From: the human T2T-CHM13v2.0 reference genome, Homo sapiens
Assembly: GCF_009914755.1 (NCBI RefSeq)
Contig: NC_060935.1
DNA length: 64,000 nucleotides
Direction: 5' to 3' (one strand)
Below, piece by piece: positions 16,130-29,277 of the stretch (its first letter is position 1; every line of letters begins with the position of its first letter). A program made the translations under genes and the position numbers. The notes below the pieces were generated by a model that saw only the letters and a program-made list of their open reading frames with translations, had not been told where the DNA came from and did not search any database.

Positions 16130-17346
16130 AACTGGCTAGCTATATGCATAAGCCTGAAACTGGACCCCTTCCTTACACCATACATGAAAATCAATTCAAG
16201 ATGCATTAAAGACTTAAATGTAAAACCCAAAACTATAAAAAACCCAGGAAGACAACCTAGGCAATACCATTCTGGGTGTAGGCATGGGCAAAGATTTCAT
16301 GATGAACATGCCAAAAGCAATTGCAACGAAAGCAAAAATTGATAAATGGGATCTAATTAAGCTAAAGAACTTCAGCACAGCAAAATAAACTATCAACAGA
16401 GTAAACAGACAACCTACAGAATGGGAGAAAACTTTTGCAAACTGTGCATCTGACAAAGGTCTAATATCCAGCATTTATAAGGAACTTAAGTTTACAAGAA
16501 AAAAACAACCCCACTAAAACGTGGGCAAAGGACATAAACAGGAACCCTCTCAAAGGAAGACATGCATGTGGCCAACAAACATATGAAAAAAAGCTCAATG
16601 TTACTGATTAGTAGGGAAATGCAAATCAAAACCACAATGAGATGCCATCTCACACCAGTCAGAATGGCTAATTATTAAAAAGTCAAAAAAATAACAGATG
16701 CTGGTGAGGTTGTGGAGAAAAAGGAACACTTACCTTCTGTTGGTGGGAGTATAAATTAGTTCGACCATTGTGGAAGACAATGTGGCCATTTATAAAAGAC
16801 CTAAAGACAGAAAAACCATTTGACCCTGCAATCCCATTATTGGATATATACCCAAAGGAATATAAATTTTTCTGTTATAAAGACACATGCACACATATGT
16901 TCATTGCAGCTGTATTCACAATAGCAAAGACATAGAATCAACCCAAATGCCAGTCAATGATAGACTGGATAAAGAAAATGTGGTACATATACACCATGGA
17001 ATACTATGCAGCCATAAAAAAGAAAGAGAATGTCTTTTGCAGGGACATAGATGGAGCTGGAAGCCATTATCCTTAGCAAACTAATGCAGAAAACAACACA
17101 CCAAATACCGCATGTTCTCACTTATAAGTGGGAGCTAAGTGATGGAACACAGGGACATATAGAGGGGAGCCGATTTGAGGGTGGAGGGTGGGAGGAGGGA
17201 GAGGGTCAGTAAAAATAATTAATGGATACTAGGCTTAATACCTGGGTGATGAAATAATCCATACAACAACCTCCATGACCCAACTTTACCTATGTAACAA
17301 ACCAACACATGTACCCTTGAACTTAATAAAAGTTAAAAAAAAAAAT
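16130..17346 (+). mobile_element. 5'-truncated L1PA (older, approx. L1PA10-16) 3' end
   Basis: ORF2 C-terminal remnant ([21 protein letters not shown]), L1 3'UTR with G-rich tract, aataaaagtt plus A tail. Confidence 0.93.
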
Positions 17347-18084
17347 TTCACGCATCACCCCTTCTCCACCACAGAGTAGTGCTAGAGAGTGAAGTGGGCA
17401 CTATGGCTTAAACTGGCTGTGGCCTGATTCAGTCACAAACCACAGTTGGTTTGCGCTGAAACGCCGGCTCAGGTTAGTCAATTTCAAAAAGAAAAATGAA
17501 GAGATTTTAGAAACTCCTTTTTGAAATCAGTGTTCATTTGGGCCTATAATTTCCTGAGGCAAGCCCTATGCTAATTTTATTGCCGTTTCTTTACATAAAT
17601 AGGTGGGAGGATGAAGGAGTGGAAGCTTCCAGGGAAACACCAGGTAGCCTGGTACACTGTCAACACTGGCTTCTAATAGGTATTTAGAAAACCCTGAGGT
17701 TAGCATCAGTTTTTCTAGGCGCAAAAGAGCCCACGTGAAGGAAATTATGGGGAAAGAGTGGGAGAAAGGAGGAGGCGAGAGATTCAGCTACAAGCTAGCA
17801 GGAAGGAGGAAGGCTTGTGGGGAGGGTAGGCTGGTGTTGGAGATAGTGTCAACTGGATAGTGTGTTCCAGTTCAGCTCCGGCCATTTGTCAGAGTGAAAG
17901 TCTGCACGGCATGTCACAATGTGGGTTTTGACCCGACCCAGCCGGTTCTGATGCTCCCAATATCACAAGAAACTGCCGTTCAGGAGATGATGGCAAAGTG
18001 AGATGAAGAAAGGAAGGTCTTAGCTCTAGAAGTGAGGGTAGGAACAGGCCCCGCAGACAGCCAGCCAGAGAACAATGCTGCTTT

Positions 18085-18570
18085 CGCTGTCTTCAAAATC
18101 CTGCTCGGTCTTCCTTTTCCACTCAGCGTAAAAGCCACAGTCTCCCTGTGGCTCTCATGGCCGTCCATGCTCTGGCCCTTCTTGTGGCCTCTCTGACCTC
18201 ATCTCCTCCTGCTGTCCCCCTCCTTCCCTCCAACGCCCCTCTCCTCCTCGCTGTTCCACAACCCCCACCAAGACATGCCCATGCATCCGAGTCTTTGTAC
18301 TCAGGTTCACCCAGCCTAGAATGTTCTTCCTACGTATCTGCTTGTTCCCTCCTCTAGCTCCTTTAGATCTTTTATCGGGTGGCCTTTCCTGACCACCCGA
18401 TTTAAAACCGCAACTCCTTTACCTCTAATTATTTTGCTTATAGTCTGTCTTTGCCTTCCTGAATACAAATTCCATGGGGAGGCAGAGGTTTTCCCTGTTG
18501 TCTTCATCACTCAGAACAGCTGCTGCACATGTTAGGCACTCAGAGCGTATTTGTTTTTCAACAAATGAAT
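18085..18570 (+). mobile_element. L2 3' fragment
   Basis: Pyrimidine-rich L2-like body ending gttaggcactca...atttgt...aaatgaat. Confidence 0.7.
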
Positions 18571-19289
18571 CTTGGACTTGCAATTCTCAGTACCACATCT
18601 CTGATGGGGCACACATGCTCCAGGAAGTCTTCAGTCCTGAGCACATGGGGCTCTCACAGAAGTATCAAGGAAGGGGCTCCAGTCCATTGGGGACTAGGAA
18701 TGCTTCAGGAGTGTTTAAGATTCAGCAATAGACCCCTGGCAGTTTACGGGATCGTAACCCAGCCGACTTTGAGGAATAGGCATAAGACTAGGGCACCAAT
18801 GACTAAGCCCCTACCATCAAGACCATGGAAGTGTCAGAAAATAAAGCCCAGTTGAAGCCGTGTCCCCACCAGGGACAGCAGCCACATATAGAAGAAAAGA
18901 CCAGTGTGAAGTTTGGAGGCAAAATTTAGCACCTAGATTAACCAAGAGTTATAGACAAGAACAGGTGTGTTTGTCTTGTCGTGGCTTTGGGCCAGAGCTC
19001 CCTATTTCCCACTCTGCTATCCATCTGCCCCCCATTTCCCCAAGACTGGTCTGCTATCTGCCTGCCCCCCATCTCCCCAAGACTGGTCTGTTCATGTCTC
19101 AGCTTTGTCTTTAATAGCCCAGATGCATAACCGAAGGCTTGTCCTGGGATTATTTTACAGCACAAATCTCATCTCAAAATTGAGTTGGGCCTCTAGGGCA
19201 GACCTGATGCAGATGTATAAGGCAAGGTATTAGCCCAGTTCCTGACAGGGATGCTCAATTTTAAGACCCTCAAAGAAAAAGCACTTCAT

Positions 19290-19460
19290 ATACATTTTCT
19301 TGTTTAACCATCACTCAATCTCATCAAATAGGTTATTCTTAAACAGCTGAGGACAGTGGGTCTCAGAAAGGCTCAACATTTGCCCAAGTTCATCTGGGAG
19401 GTGATAAGTGGCAGCTGGTAGGTTTTGCTCCAGCTATGACTCTGGAGCTGTGTCCATTTC
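19290..19460. mobile_element. MIR
   Basis: MIR core-like tgaggacagtgggtctcagaaagg...ttgcccaagttca. Confidence 0.55.
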
Positions 19461-20634
19461 CTTGAACCACTTTGCCACATGACATCAGCAGCAGTGGCAG
19501 GGGGTGGGTGCTTCCCGCCTACTTCTTCAGAGGCCTTGTCACCAGCCTGCCTGAACTGTGTCAGTGTGACCTCTCAATCTGGAATACTGTGTATTTTGGC
19601 CAGCAGTCAGCTGTACAGGAAACAAAGAGAACCCAAGTCAAGCCAGGTTGGTGTGTTCTTTCTGGCAGTCTGTAAGGAGATCCCTGTGCCAGCCAGCCAG
19701 AGATAGCTCCCCTATCACTGGAGATCATGTCCCACACTAAGTCTCAAAGCTGACTAAGCCTGGAGAAGGCTACTGAGACATCTATGTCACAACATTCAGC
19801 CAGAAAGTCTTGAAATGGTCCCTTGGGAGTTTTTCTCTACCTAAGGCCTATTCCACCTTTTCTCTTCCAGGCTGTGGCTACCAGCCCCTCTGGGGTTGCA
19901 AGTCGCACCAAACAAAGGATTCATTCAACAAATGTATTCATTCAGTAAATATTTTTGAGTACCCAATATGCGCTAGAATGCCTGAAAGTGACTGTGAACT
20001 AATTCCTTGGGTTATGAATCTCTAAAGTTTGTGCAGGGTCATTTTTTTGTGGCAGTAGGAATGTGAGTACTGTGAACAAGGCCAGCTAAGGGAAAATTAG
20101 TCATTCATGCTGCTGGCTGCCTATTCTCGAGGCTGCCCTTGGCCCTTACATTTCCCATAGCTATCGAATACATTCCTGCTGCCCCTCAGGCCAAGGATAC
20201 TGCTATGGTATTCTCAGTTACAACACAGCCTAACAAAATGACCCCATATTCTGGATATTTTCTTAGACCCTCATTGAAAGTTATTGATTCTGGGTCTCAT
20301 TCTTTAGAGGTCCTGATAAATTCTGTCAGGTTAATATTAATAACTGTTTCATGTATAACCCTCATTAAAATTTCATTTCAAAGAAGCATATTATAACTTC
20401 ACTTAAAGGAAGGACAACTAGTGGGCAATTTGAAGGGCCTAGCTGCCTCATAAGATGGGGAGGTGGGCCTGGGATATCTCTGTAACCAAATGATGTAATT
20501 TAGTTTAATGGAGTCAGCAGCCACCTATAAAAGCAGCCATGTCCCCAGCGGACAAAGATGTCACCTGGTTTAACCCCATGTAACCCAAAAATTCCTTGAT
20601 TTCAAGAGGATACAATGCATTTCCTCTACAGACT

Positions 20635-20669
<35 letters not shown>

Positions 20670-20939
20670 ATACAATTTCTCAAAATCTCAAAGTTCCAAA
20701 AGAAAATTCCAAAATTACAAAGTACCAAAAAATTTGCCACCAAACAACGTTTTAGAATTCTGATGCAATCTGTGACTACAAGGAATACTGTTCCTGGTGC
20801 TGTGCATTGGGTGTGGAGTGGATGCTGTTAGCATTCCTCCAAGATCCCTTTTCAGTGTGTCCGTCCATGAAGACTGTGTGGTTTTGCTTCTAAATACCTG
20901 CACCTGCTGCTTTCTCTGGAAGCCTACACTTGGGCTACC

Positions 20940-21215
20940 GGAGCCTTTGCTGAAAGTGCCTGAGAGTATACGTCCTCCTGAGGCAGCCCTTAGCCAATGA
21001 CTGGTAGAAAATGGAAAATGAAAGTCCAGCTCAGAGAATTCCTGTGCAGGATCTGTTTGAAGTTACCCTTAGCAGGATTTTGCCTGAATTGCACAATTGC
21101 TTGGTTTTCTCCTTCCTTGTCCTGCCTTCCCTACCACTTTCAGTTTTTTCTTGGGAGCGTTTCTTCGTGAATTGATTGCACGTGAATCTTGTTCTAGGGT
21201 CTCCTTCTGACATCG
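20940..21215 (+). mobile_element. Old ERVL-type LTR fragment
   Basis: agccaatgactggt...ttcttgggagc...ttgcacgtgaatcttg..agggtctccttct resembles LTR16/33-class 3' ends. Confidence 0.45.
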
Positions 21216-21457
21216 TTGTCCCAAGGAATGGAAGTAACAATGCTTCAGTCTCAGTGCAGGCTTCCCCAAAATGTATGCTACTTCCAAACAGAAGCATCTT
21301 TGACCTGAAATTCCAGCCCACCCACCCCCTTCCAAATACATACCTAGATGCTTCTCCTGGGGGCTTTCACAGCATTTAATAGGCTGTATGTCTGGCTCAG
21401 AACTCTTTGAGAGCATAAACTGTTTTAGTTATTATTTGAATTTTAAGTGAAATGATT

Positions 21458-22741
21458 TGTGATCCCAAAATTATTTGTGAAATGACTGTGAACCAGTCTC
21501 AATCAATTTAGAAAGTTTATTTTACTAAGGTTGAGGACATGCCCATGACACAGTCTCAGGAGGTCCTGACCACATGTGCCCAAGGTGGTTATGTTACAGC
21601 AGGTAGTCACACAGACATGAGCAGGGCAGGTGAAGGTCCCCCTCAACCAGGAATGTCAGGCAACCATCAGGTGCTGGGCAGTTATTAAACTGTCTCTAAA
21701 ATAATTGGTTGCAGCCAGCACCAGGGAAAGGCAGTCTTCCTATAAACAGAAACACCTGAAACTGGTAATCAGCAGCTTCCTGACAAGATCTCAGGAGTTG
21801 GGGGAATGGGCTCAAGCATGCACATTAAGAGGCAAAAACATACGGAATTTAACTGGTGTCTCACCTTCTAGGGACATTTGACTGGTAAGGGAAGAACGCC
21901 TCAAGTGAGCATGCATACACCTCCAGTAAACACACTGCACATGTGTTCCCTCCCAAGTGCTAGCAGGCTGCTGTGCATGTGGACAGCCCACCCCAAGGGA
22001 AGAATCAGGGCAGAAATAACACAAGATCCTGTAAGCATGCCAATGAGTCGGAAGGCGGAATTGTGCCCTTGATCTCTCAAGTCGCCCACTTGGCCCTCTT
22101 CCAAGTAAGTGTACTTTACTTCCTTTCATTTCTGTGCTAAAGCTTTTTGATAAGCTTTCACTCCTGCTCTAAAACTTGCCTTGGTCTCTCACTCTGCTTT
22201 ATGTCCCCTTGGTCGAATTCTTTCTTCTGAAGTAGCAAGAATTGAGGTTACTGCAGATTCCTAAGGATTCACCACCGCTAACAGTCAGGACACAGCTTGG
22301 TTTTGCCAATTTTAGGGACACATGAGACATCAATCAATACATGTAAGATGTATATTGGTTCTGTTCGGAAAGGCAGGACAACTCGAATCAGGAGCTTCCA
22401 GGTCATCCGTAGATGTAAACATTTTTCTGATTGACAGTTGGTTATTATCAATAGAAAGGAATGTCTGGGTTATAAGAGGTTGTGGAAACCAAGGTTTTAT
22501 GTAGATGAAGCCTCCAGGTAGCAGGCTTCAGAGAGAATCGATTGTGAATATTTCTTATCAGATTTAAAGAGTCTGTTCTACCAGTAATTCCAAAAGAGAG
22601 GAGGGTAATAAAGCGTGTCTAGCTCCTCCTTCCCATCCTGGTCTTAATGAGTTTTTCAGGATAACTTTGGAATATCCTTGGCTGAGAGGAGGGGCCCATT
22701 CAGATGGCTGGGTGGAGCTTAGAATTTATTTTTGGTTTACA
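21458..22741 (-). mobile_element. MER4-family (ERV1) solo LTR interrupted by a second LTR
   Basis: Termini tgtga...tttaca; gtctcaatcaatttagaaagtttatttt and agaatttatttttggtttaca motifs; 4-bp TSD gatt at 21454-21457 and 22742-22745. Confidence 0.85.
21592..22283 (+). mobile_element. MER50-like (ERV1) solo LTR nested in the MER4 LTR
   Basis: tgtta...taaca termini; cagacatgagcagggcagg..aggaatgtcaggcaaccatcagg; TSD gtta/gtca. Confidence 0.8.
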
Positions 22742-24449
22742 GATTGAATAAATCACATGTTGCTGGGCAGCCACAAAGTCCCAGGAGCCCTTCCAAGCAT
22801 GGAGATGCATAAAAGTCATTGGATGAAAATGGCATTAGATACTTCTCTTGCAAAACACAAGTCAAGACACATGGAGTACTGCATTATTTTGATTTTCTGA
22901 TAATGCATTTCTTATGGATATTTTTGCAATTCTCATGAAATACTGGAAAATACTAGAAGGCTAACAGGCCTGGTGCCTGCTTCAAGAGGAAGGAATTGGG
23001 AATGATTTAGATTATCTCACTGGATGCAGTCAGGAGCAGATAGGTTACAATTAATGTCTAGAGTATAACACTAAGAATAAATGAATTGCTGGAAAAGTTA
23101 TGTCCTCATAATGTCAGCCTCAGGCCAGACTTCTTATTGGAAAAAGTTTATTTTAAAAAATAACTGCTGATCCTGTGACATATTAAATGCCTTTTACCAA
23201 CCACAATATTGGAGGACTTCTGGCTTGTCCTAATTGATAGCAATTCAAAGGCTATAAGGGGCCATAACTGTTCCTCACACAGGTTTTCTTTATAAACCCT
23301 CCCTGGGCTCTTAAATCATTAGTGAGATGTCATTGGTTTAGGAGAGAGACACCTACCCTAAGTTCAAACCTAAATGTTTTGGGGATTTGCAAGAAAAAGT
23401 AATTAGGTCTCAGAGTGGACAGCATCAGGCAGAAGTGATCAAACTGAGACAGGCTCTTTGTGTCCTGCTTCTTAGTGAGGCTAAATGTCAAAAGAACTAA
23501 TGACACAAGCTATGGGTTAATTATATCCTATTAGTAGGTCATGAAAGACAACTGGATCATGGCTCTGAAGCAGCCTGATAGGCTAGACCTGTAAATGGAA
23601 TAGCAGAAAAAGCTGGCATGTGATTCATTTATTGTTTACTTCTACTTCAGCCAAAAGATGGCTTTCTTATTAAACAAAAGTATGAGTGAATGAGTCAAAA
23701 GTCATCACCCTGCAAAAGGGAGATGCAAATCACTCAGGAGCCACCCAATGACTGGACAATGTCAAGGTTTTCTTACATAGATTTGGTATGCCCTCTAAAA
23801 AATGAGATGAAGCCACAAGCTGTGGCAGGTAAATTAACCCAAAACAAATTAGTCCAGGTTTCATTCTCAAGGGCTGTATAGCTATCTAGGATGAATAAAT
23901 TAAGATGGGCCTCATGGAAGTAGCTTGTATTAATTAGGTCTTTTGCTTATAAATAGACTACTTGTATTCTGTTTCTAGTACTGCTACTGGCAATAGCACC
24001 CAGAGCACTGCAATGAATTTCATAGGTTTCAAATAAAAGTTTTGTGAGCTGGACCTAATATGGGAGTTGCCCTAAGCCATCTTATGAATGATACTGTTAT
24101 AAAATGATACAAATATCATGCTCACAAGTAATAAAAATGCTTTGAATTTTTCCCACATATTGCTCAAATGTGACTCATCTTTTTCAAAAATGGCAAATAT
24201 GTGGCATGAGGGCCAACTTCCCATGTCCATGGCAAGCATTATTCAATGTCTCTATGTCATTCTTTCCTACCAATTCTGACTGGGCCTCAGAATCCTTCCT
24301 AGCACAATGCCCTAGACGTAATGTACCAAGTGATCAGAGAAACATGAGTTAGAACCTAAATTTCAATAGATTTGTGAGGTTTAAGTGAGAGTTGTTTAAG
24401 ACGGAGTGGAAAAAGAAATTTTGGAGCCACATGCTTTCTCTATGATTGC

Positions 24450-24670
24450 TAGTATTAACTGAATGCTTATCATCAGCCTAAAATGTATTAACTCATTTAA
24501 TCCTCACAAAAACTCAATGTAGGAGATATTAGTGTTTTGTTTTTCACCTGTAGAATTGGGATAATGAGGTCCAAAGAGGTTAAGAAACTTGGTGAAGAGT
24601 ATACAGCTATTGTCAGAGCTGGGATTACCCAATACTTCTGGCTGCAGATGCTATACTCTGAACCATTGGG
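24450..24670. mobile_element. MIR
   Basis: tattaactcatttaatcctcacaa...agaggttaagaaactt...tcagagctgggatt. Confidence 0.75.
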
Positions 24671-25484
24671 ATGAAAAGAATTCAAAGAGATAAATAATAC
24701 AGAGAGACTAGAAAGGGAGTAAAATCATTGAAATGAAGAAAAAAATGTAAAAGGATATGTGGGAAAAGAAAAAGATCCATATTTATAATTTTTGATAGAA
24801 TTATAGATAGCTGTGTTTTGAAAAATGTCTTTGAGCATATATACAATTACATATATATGTGTTCTTTAGCTATTGATTGTATATCATGGCAGACTCTCTC
24901 TTTATATATATGTGTGTGTGTGTGTGTGTATGTATACATTTTTCTCAATGTTAACAAACAGTAGCAACAACAGGATATGTTAACATTTTCCAGAATATAA
25001 GAAGACACTTTACAATTTGACCTTTTCCAATCATTCTGGTGAAAGTCCATTTTCTGAAGAAGAGTGAAGGGTAAATGTCACACAGCTGAATCACAGACTA
25101 CTAAAAAGGTTAAAGCAAACGCAGAGCATTGCCACAGTTCTTTTAGCCTGAGACATGATAATAAGTAAACTTACTTTATTTTGAAAAAATTCTTCCTATG
25201 GTGGTATAACAGTATCTTTTCATAGACAATAATTAGGACAAAAATGCAGGGACGTGAAATTCCAGACTCACTTCCTGAATGTCAGCATCAAGGTTTTCTT
25301 TTATTATTTAGGAAAAAAAAGTGTGCTTTCTATGCATTTGCCAGAAGATATAGCTCTCTGTCAACTTTTGATACACTACTCCATCAGTTTATCACTGTGC
25401 AATGATGAAAGCCTTGTGACTTCCAGGGTGGACATTAGAAAAAGAAGAAAGGTTAAAAATTCATTTGATTCTCTACAAACCAGT

Positions 25485-25846
25485 TGTTATGATCTGAATA
25501 CTCGTGTCCTCTCCGAGTTTACATGTGGAAATCCTAACCGCCAATGTGAGGGCATTTGAAGATGGGGCCTTTGGGAGGTGATTATGTCATGGGGCCAGAG
25601 CTCTCATGAATGGGATTAGTGCCCTTATGAAAGAGGCCCTAGAGGCCTCACTTGCCCCTTCCTTCATGGGAGACACAGCAAGTGGACACTATCAAAAACC
25701 AGAAAGTGGGCCCTCACCAGACACTGAATCTGCCAGCACCTTGATCTTGTATTTCTCAGCCTGCAGAAGAGTGAGAAATAAATTTCTGCTGTTTATAAGC
25801 TATCCAATACGGTATTTTATTTTAGCAGTGCAAATAGACTAGAATA
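25485..25846 (+). mobile_element. MLT1A-type MaLR solo LTR
   Basis: ggggcctttgggaggtgatta..ctcatgaatgggattagtgcccttat..aataaatttctg; 5-bp flanks ccagt/ccaat. Confidence 0.85.
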
Positions 25847-27109
25847 CCAATCTTTCTCCTGTTTTTTCTTCAGCGTTCCAGGTAACATTATACTTAGTTA
25901 GGAAGTGTTACAGTCGTTATGAATATATGATCTCCTTAGTAGATATAATTACCTTTACCATTGAATAAGGTGCCTTTTGATATGTAATTTTCATGAGATT
26001 TTGAAAAATATGAGCCACTATTTCTATGATCCACTTATATTGGATAAATTGATTATCCATCAAATGGCACTAATATTAAAAACAAAAAAAAGAAACGATC
26101 ATACAGTTGGTCAGTGTCTCTAGCTATTTACACAGCTATACAAAAATCTCTAATTTAAAATGAAATATTTTTGATAGGTCTTATCATTAAATCCATCCCA
26201 GGAAAGTGTTTTTGAAAAGTGCTTCTGGAAACTTTTATAGCTGTAGTTATGAATACAGAGTAAGGAAGAAAATTCAAGCAATCATTCTAAGATTCATGAA
26301 AAGAAAAATGAATTTACTTTAATTACCCGGTCTTGTAGAGAGTCTCTGCTGTGTCGCTCACCTCAGCTAGCCACATATGGAAGTAAAGACTTGGACTAGC
26401 AGTCCATGTTTTGTATAACAACAGATAACAGCTGAAGTTTCAGTTTCCATCCATTTTAGGGTTCTGGGCTGCACTCCTGCACAACCTTGGATTAACTTGG
26501 AAACATGCGCTGTCTACATCAAAGGGTAGAGACTCTGAAGTGTAGGAATTCATATTCAGCACCATTCACCAGAGCTGCCAAGATGACTGGCATGACGCTC
26601 ACAAACCTTGCTTGGCACACAGTGATGAAGGAGGGTTTCGGAGCCAAGAGGGAGATGATATTTATGTGTTCAAATCAGAACTGATGTGGGGCATGCTTAG
26701 AACGTGCCACCTGGAGAAACATCATCTGTGTCTGGGGCTCTTCCTTGGTCTGAAGCTGGTAATCGATCCTGACAGTGATTTCGTTAGGGGACTGGCTGGC
26801 AGGCAAATACTGACATATAGTCTCTCCATTTTAATTGAAAATTCAGTTTGTTTTCACTCTTCACATGACAATAAAATTCTTTCATACTGAAACAGTCCTG
26901 GAAGGGTGGGATAGACTGTCCAATTAAAGTGAAACCATTTGCTCCTGAGTCAATCCATTCTCCTCACTGACTCAACAGCCATTGAATTTACTATTTGCTC
27001 TCCAAAGAACTCCCTAAGTGTCCCACACTCATGGCCAGCTCTTGGTTTTGCTCATACTGTCCCTGCCAAGAAATATACATCTCAATCTTTTATTCTTTTT
27101 TATAACTAT

Positions 27110-27380
27110 CACAGGGTTCAGGACATGCTACTTGAAAATATGGCACCCCAGCATATTGAATATTTTGAGCTGAAGGAATTCAAGAAACAGCAGAAGCAGG
27201 AAGGTTATTCTCACCTTCCCTTCACCCTTCTCTCCTGAAGCAGGTGAGAAATTCTTTCCCTAGAAAGAATTTTCTGATCTTCCACTGAAGCAGGTCATGA
27301 GACCCTCATTCCAGAAGTGTCCTTCCTATACATGGAGGACAGGAACCTCCTTATCTCTGAAGACATGGGGTCACAGAGAG

Positions 27381-27430
<50 letters not shown>

Positions 27431-27880
27431 CTTCACATCTCTTAAAGCCCCAGGCCTTATTGGCTTATTGACTGTAAATAGATTTCTGTACACTATATTT
27501 AATCACATCAGTGTTTTTTCAGATTCTCAACTTTACTCAGACCCTTAAAGGGAATGTTAGAGATAGACCATGAGTGATTAAAAGAATAAAAGACTCTTGT
27601 TACAGAACCAGATAGTAAGAGAAGAATCTGAATAGGCCTTGCTAAGTTCCCACCACTTCAGTACCATTACATAATACCCCCTTGTTCAATTCCACTCTTT
27701 GTCAAACTTAACATAAAAATACATAAGTTTAAGTGTTTGAGTCTTTCTGAAGGCTCACGTGTTACATAAAACACAGTAAATAAATTTGTAAACTTTTCTT
27801 TTGTTAACCTGTCTTTGGTTATAGAGGCCTCAGCCATGAACGTAGGATGAGTGAGAAAGAGATACTTCTCCTCCCCAATA
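27110..27880 (+). mobile_element. MER34-like (ERV1) LTR with internal insertion
   Basis: agggttcaggacatgcta..aaaatatggcacc..gctgaaggaatt..cctgaagcaggtca; resumes at agaagaatctgaa..ggccttgctaagttccc. Confidence 0.7.
27382..27428. repeat. (AC)~23 microsatellite
   Basis: Perfect dinucleotide run. Confidence 0.98.
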
Positions 27881-28084
27881 TCTACAATCCTTTTGAAACC
27901 AAATCCTCTCTTAACCCATAGCCTTCTTTGCCTAATGCTTATTTTTCCCTAGACTGGACATATAATGGGAGCTAGGGTGTTCAGGTACCACATATTCTTC
28001 CTCACCTAGAAACTTAAATATAAGCTACGCAATGAGACGACCACACTTCCATATGCCTCATCAAGACCTACAATAACTGTGAGG

Positions 28085-28260
28085 CAGGCATAGTGTTCAT
28101 TTCTGGCTTTGACACTCCATGTGTAAGTCACCTAGCCTCTAACTCCTTCAGTTGTCTCCTTTCCAAAGTGAGAATAATGATAGAATTTACCTCACACAGT
28201 CATTGTAAGCATTAAGTTAGATTAAATTTGATAATTCATAGAAAATATTCAACATTTCTC
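28085..28260. mobile_element. MIR
   Basis: aagtcacctagcctct..cttcagtt..aaagtgagaataatgatag..acctcaca. Confidence 0.65.
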
Positions 28261-28848
28261 ATACTTGTATTAAGGCCCATTACCCCATTTGGTTGCAAGT
28301 ACCTTGAGTTCAAACACTCATTTTCTTCTCCTTTCAATCCCTGGTAGTTTTAAGCAGACAGCAGATTCTGGTAATTTCTTTGATATGCCTCATAAAATCA
28401 TATTGAGTTTGTGCTATTTCTCAGTTTCAAGTAATAAGAGCAGCAGAGAGGAAACCCAGGCATTGATGGACAAAAACAGGGACTTTTTTCTGTTCCTTGG
28501 TGGTCGATCTGTGGTGAGATGGTGAAGAGTGGGCAGGGCTCAGCCCTCAGGGAGCAGCTGTGTGGTCACAGTGAAAAGCAGCGCTGCTTCATCCTACTCA
28601 CGGGTGCATGAACCTCCAGAAAGCATCCACTCAGAGGGGAGAAATAGGACAGGAGAGCAACTGGGATAAAAACGTTTCAACTTATCATCTTAGTTTCAAA
28701 GATGAAGCCGACTGCGACGTGAAGGTAGGATTTAAAGCCAGTGGTCTTGAGACTTTTCCCATGCTTATGACCATCTTTTGGCGATGTGCCTGTAATGAAG
28801 CTCTTATCAGAATTTTAAAAGCTTTCTTAAAATGCGTTTAATTTCCTT

Positions 28849-28901
28849 TTTCATCTTCCAACTTAGAAGAAATGCCAATTATTCTAAGTTGGAAGATGAA
28901 A
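28849..28901. repeat. Perfect 20-bp inverted repeat, 13-nt spacer
   Basis: tttcatcttccaacttagaa (28849-28868) and ttctaagttggaagatgaaa (28882-28901) are exact reverse complements. Confidence 0.97.
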
Positions 28902-29277
28902 TTCGAAGAGATGTCAATTCAGTTGCACTTTGATGAAAATCTGACTTCAGGACATTAGTTTGAACCATAAGAGCCACCAGGAGGGTAGTGCCTTTTGCTG
29001 AGGAACCCACAGTCATGCCTGTTGAGTTTCCCAAAACTTATATCTTGTCAAGTCAATCCAACTTAAAAGACACTGAGGAATCTGAATATCTTTTCTTGAG
29101 TCTTCTGGAGTCAAGACCATGTGCTGTCATAGAGCATCCTTGGGATGAAGGTCCATCTCTCGCATGGCACAACACACACTTTTTTGTGGATGTTAGATTA
29201 TTTTAATTTGCTGATAGTGCATTCAGTATGAGGTTGATTTTTTACAACTGCTGATTCAAATACTGTCACAAAATATT

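Noticed and set aside
20636-20667. 32-nt poly(A) as a retrocopy tail
   Set aside because: No upstream poly(A) signal, recognisable retroposed body or TSD seen.
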